A stretch of DNA of 63,798 nt, filler included, from Octopus bimaculoides (lineage: Eukaryota): NCBI RefSeq assembly GCF_001194135.2. It is 5 parts of 5 records of this genome, joined end to end, with 100 filler letters (N's around TTAATTAATTAA, not from the genome) between each part and the next. Parts side by side here need not be neighbours in the genome. Positions count along the whole stretch, not along the records: positions 59,516 to 63,798 come from NC_069000.1; 4 more parts are not named here. One strand, given 5' to 3'. Position numbers and translations under genes: made by a program. The notes beneath the pieces are model-generated. The model did not search any database. It was given only the letters and a program-made list of their open reading frames with translations, and was not told where the DNA came from. Positions 63,766 through 63,798 of the stretch are shown piece by piece. Within the stretch, counting starts at the first letter, position 1, and each line of letters begins with the position of its first letter.

Positions 63766-63798
<33 letters not shown>

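Overview
AT-rich, microsatellite- and transposon-dense animal genomic scaffold with many N gaps, including four artificial N44-TTAATTAATTAA-N44 linkers. The repeat repertoire and style suggest a cephalopod (Octopus-like) genome; this is an inference. No transposon ORF is intact. The window holds decayed RTE, CR1-like, Tx1/L1-like and R4/Dong-like LINEs, Penelope-like element (PLE) fragments, three tRNA-type SINE families, three Helitron derivatives with canonical A|TC...CTAG|T ends, a full-length mariner, a Tc1, a long-TIR mariner derivative and two hAT transposons. The only credible host coding sequence is a probable terminal exon on the minus strand (22024-21797), followed by polyA signals. 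Three patterns stand out. (1) Minimal type I hammerhead-ribozyme (HHR) motifs from several unrelated repeat families recur, mostly inside long inverted repeats. (2) A ~270-bp unit joins a Pol III tRNA-like head to an HHR tail and flanks a PLE GIY-YIG fragment in inverted orientation. (3) A foldback element family carrying TTAGGG tracts appears twice, in opposite orientations, at the two ends of the same hAT transposase. Coordinates of degenerate repeats are approximate.
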